32,000 nt of DNA, taken from assembly GCF_004102945.1 (NCBI RefSeq), contig NZ_CP019384.1, forward strand, positions 1,530,001-1,562,000, in the 5' to 3' direction. The notes below the pieces were generated by a model. The model ran no database searches and was not told the DNA's origin. It saw nothing but the letters and a program-made list of their open reading frames with translations. Source of the stretch: Candidatus Velamenicoccus archaeovorus. GTDB lineage: Bacteria > Omnitrophota > Gorgyraeia > Velamenicoccales > Velamenicoccaceae. Both the position numbers and the translations under genes were made by a program. Each line of letters begins with the position of its first letter. Within the stretch, counting starts at the first letter, position 1. Below are positions 31,354 to 32,000 of the stretch, piece by piece.

Positions 31354-32000
31354 AAAAAAGATAGAATTCTCGGGCAGCAAAGAGACGGCCGAACTGCTGG
31401 CCCGCCGCGGTCTCAATACCGTCTGCCGCGAAGCGCGCTGCCCCAACATCTCCGAATGCTACAAGAACCGGCATACGACATTCCTCATCTTGGGAAAAGT
31501 ATGCACCCGTTCCTGCGCCTTTTGCCATGTCGCCAAAGGTACCGCCCCGGAACCCCTTGACCCAACGGAACCTCAACGTGTCGCCGCATGCGCCCGAGAG
31601 ATGGGATTGCGCCACGTCGTTGTCACCAGCGTCACGCGCGACGATCTTGCCGATGGCGGCGCCGGCCACTTTGCGCAGACCATAAAGATGCTGCGACAAA
31701 TCTCATCGCAACCCACCATTGAAGTCCTCGTGCCGGACTTCCAGGGAAACAGGGATGCCGTCGCCGCCGTTGCCGCCAACACGCCCGACATCTTCGGGCA
31801 TAATCTGGAGACTGTCCGCCGCCTTTATCACCTGAGGCCAGGGGCGGATTACAGGCGTTCCCTCGACGTCCTCGCCTCGGCTAAAAAGAAAAACGCACGC
31901 CTCAAAACAAAAACAGCCCTCATGCTGGGGTTGGGAGAAACGCAGAGTGAAGTCACGGAGGCATTCCGTGACTTAAAAAGCGTGGATTGCGACTTTCTGG
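31322..32000 (+). CDS. lipA: lipoyl synthase (partial, continues past right edge)
   Basis: My translation from ATG 31322 is MPIERRPPWLKKKI...NTVCREARCPNISECY...TFLILGKVCTRSCAFCHV...HVVVTSVTRDDL. Both LipA cluster motifs are present (CX4CX5C and the radical-SAM CX3CX2C). It is not in the ORF track because no stop lies in the window. It overlaps the preceding gene by 32 nt. Confidence 0.9.
   Translation, partial: MPIERRPPWLKKKIEFSGSKETAELLARRGLNTVCREARCPNISECYKNRHTTFLILGKVCTRSCAFCHVAKGTAPEPLDPTEPQRVAACAREMGLRHVVVTSVTRDDLADGGAGHFAQTIKMLRQISSQPTIEVLVPDFQGNRDAVAAVAANTPDIFGHNLETVRRLYHLRPGADYRRSLDVLASAKKKNARLKTKTALMLGLGETQSEVTEAFRDLKSVDCDFL

Noticed and set aside
1-32000. tRNA, rRNA, tmRNA, SRP or RNase P genes, and mobile-element, integrase or defence genes.
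   Set aside because: All intergenic gaps longer than 50 nt were read on both strands. None shows a cloverleaf, conserved SRP or tmRNA boxes, or terminal inverted repeats flanking a transposase. Every long ORF is accounted for by housekeeping families.

Overview
This is a dense housekeeping stretch of a moderately GC-rich, diderm-type bacterial chromosome (BamD-like TPR lipoprotein, LysM/amidase lipoprotein). I saw no rRNA, tRNA, CRISPR, transposase or recognisable defence genes.

From about 2.6 kb to 25.9 kb every credible gene is on the minus strand. In transcription order these are:
- thyX, a UPF0016/GDT1 transporter and a LysM-amidase
- ldhA, a cupin, a small EamA transporter, a NUDIX hydrolase and a small membrane protein
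- purB
- purS::purL fusion, LOG-family protein, purQ, purF, purM, purD and purE
- tsaC::LMW-phosphatase fusion, rpiB, glyA and dCMP deaminase
- nrdR, BFN nuclease, CCA-adding enzyme and a second NUDIX protein

The right end carries a plus-strand glycine-cleavage and lipoylation cluster: gcvT-gcvH-gcvPA-gcvPB, a LipM/LplA-like gene and lipA (partial). The left end holds a partial BamD-like gene divergent from a dus gene, followed by a Pro/Ala-rich anchored protein. Several track ORFs are over-extended at the 5' end (purD, ldhA, gcvPA, rpiB, purQ), and I give shorter starts for them.

The unusual content is non-coding.
1. A mosaic family of hairpin repeats (modules I call P, S and H) has at least 8 P boxes and 6 H hairpins in this window. 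All lie in the 5' or intercistronic regions of nrdR, purB, the EamA gene and gcvT, and always in the orientation of the downstream gene. Stems are preserved by compensatory changes. The P module looks like an extended -10 promoter plus SD.
2. The gcvT leader has an intrinsic terminator but no recognisable glycine riboswitch.
3. An AT-rich purQ leader carries four copies of CCAATAACCA that can form alternative hairpins.
4. Several short-period (7-8 nt) tandem repeats sit in intergenic spacers.

Everything here is read by eye. No database or folding computation was run.
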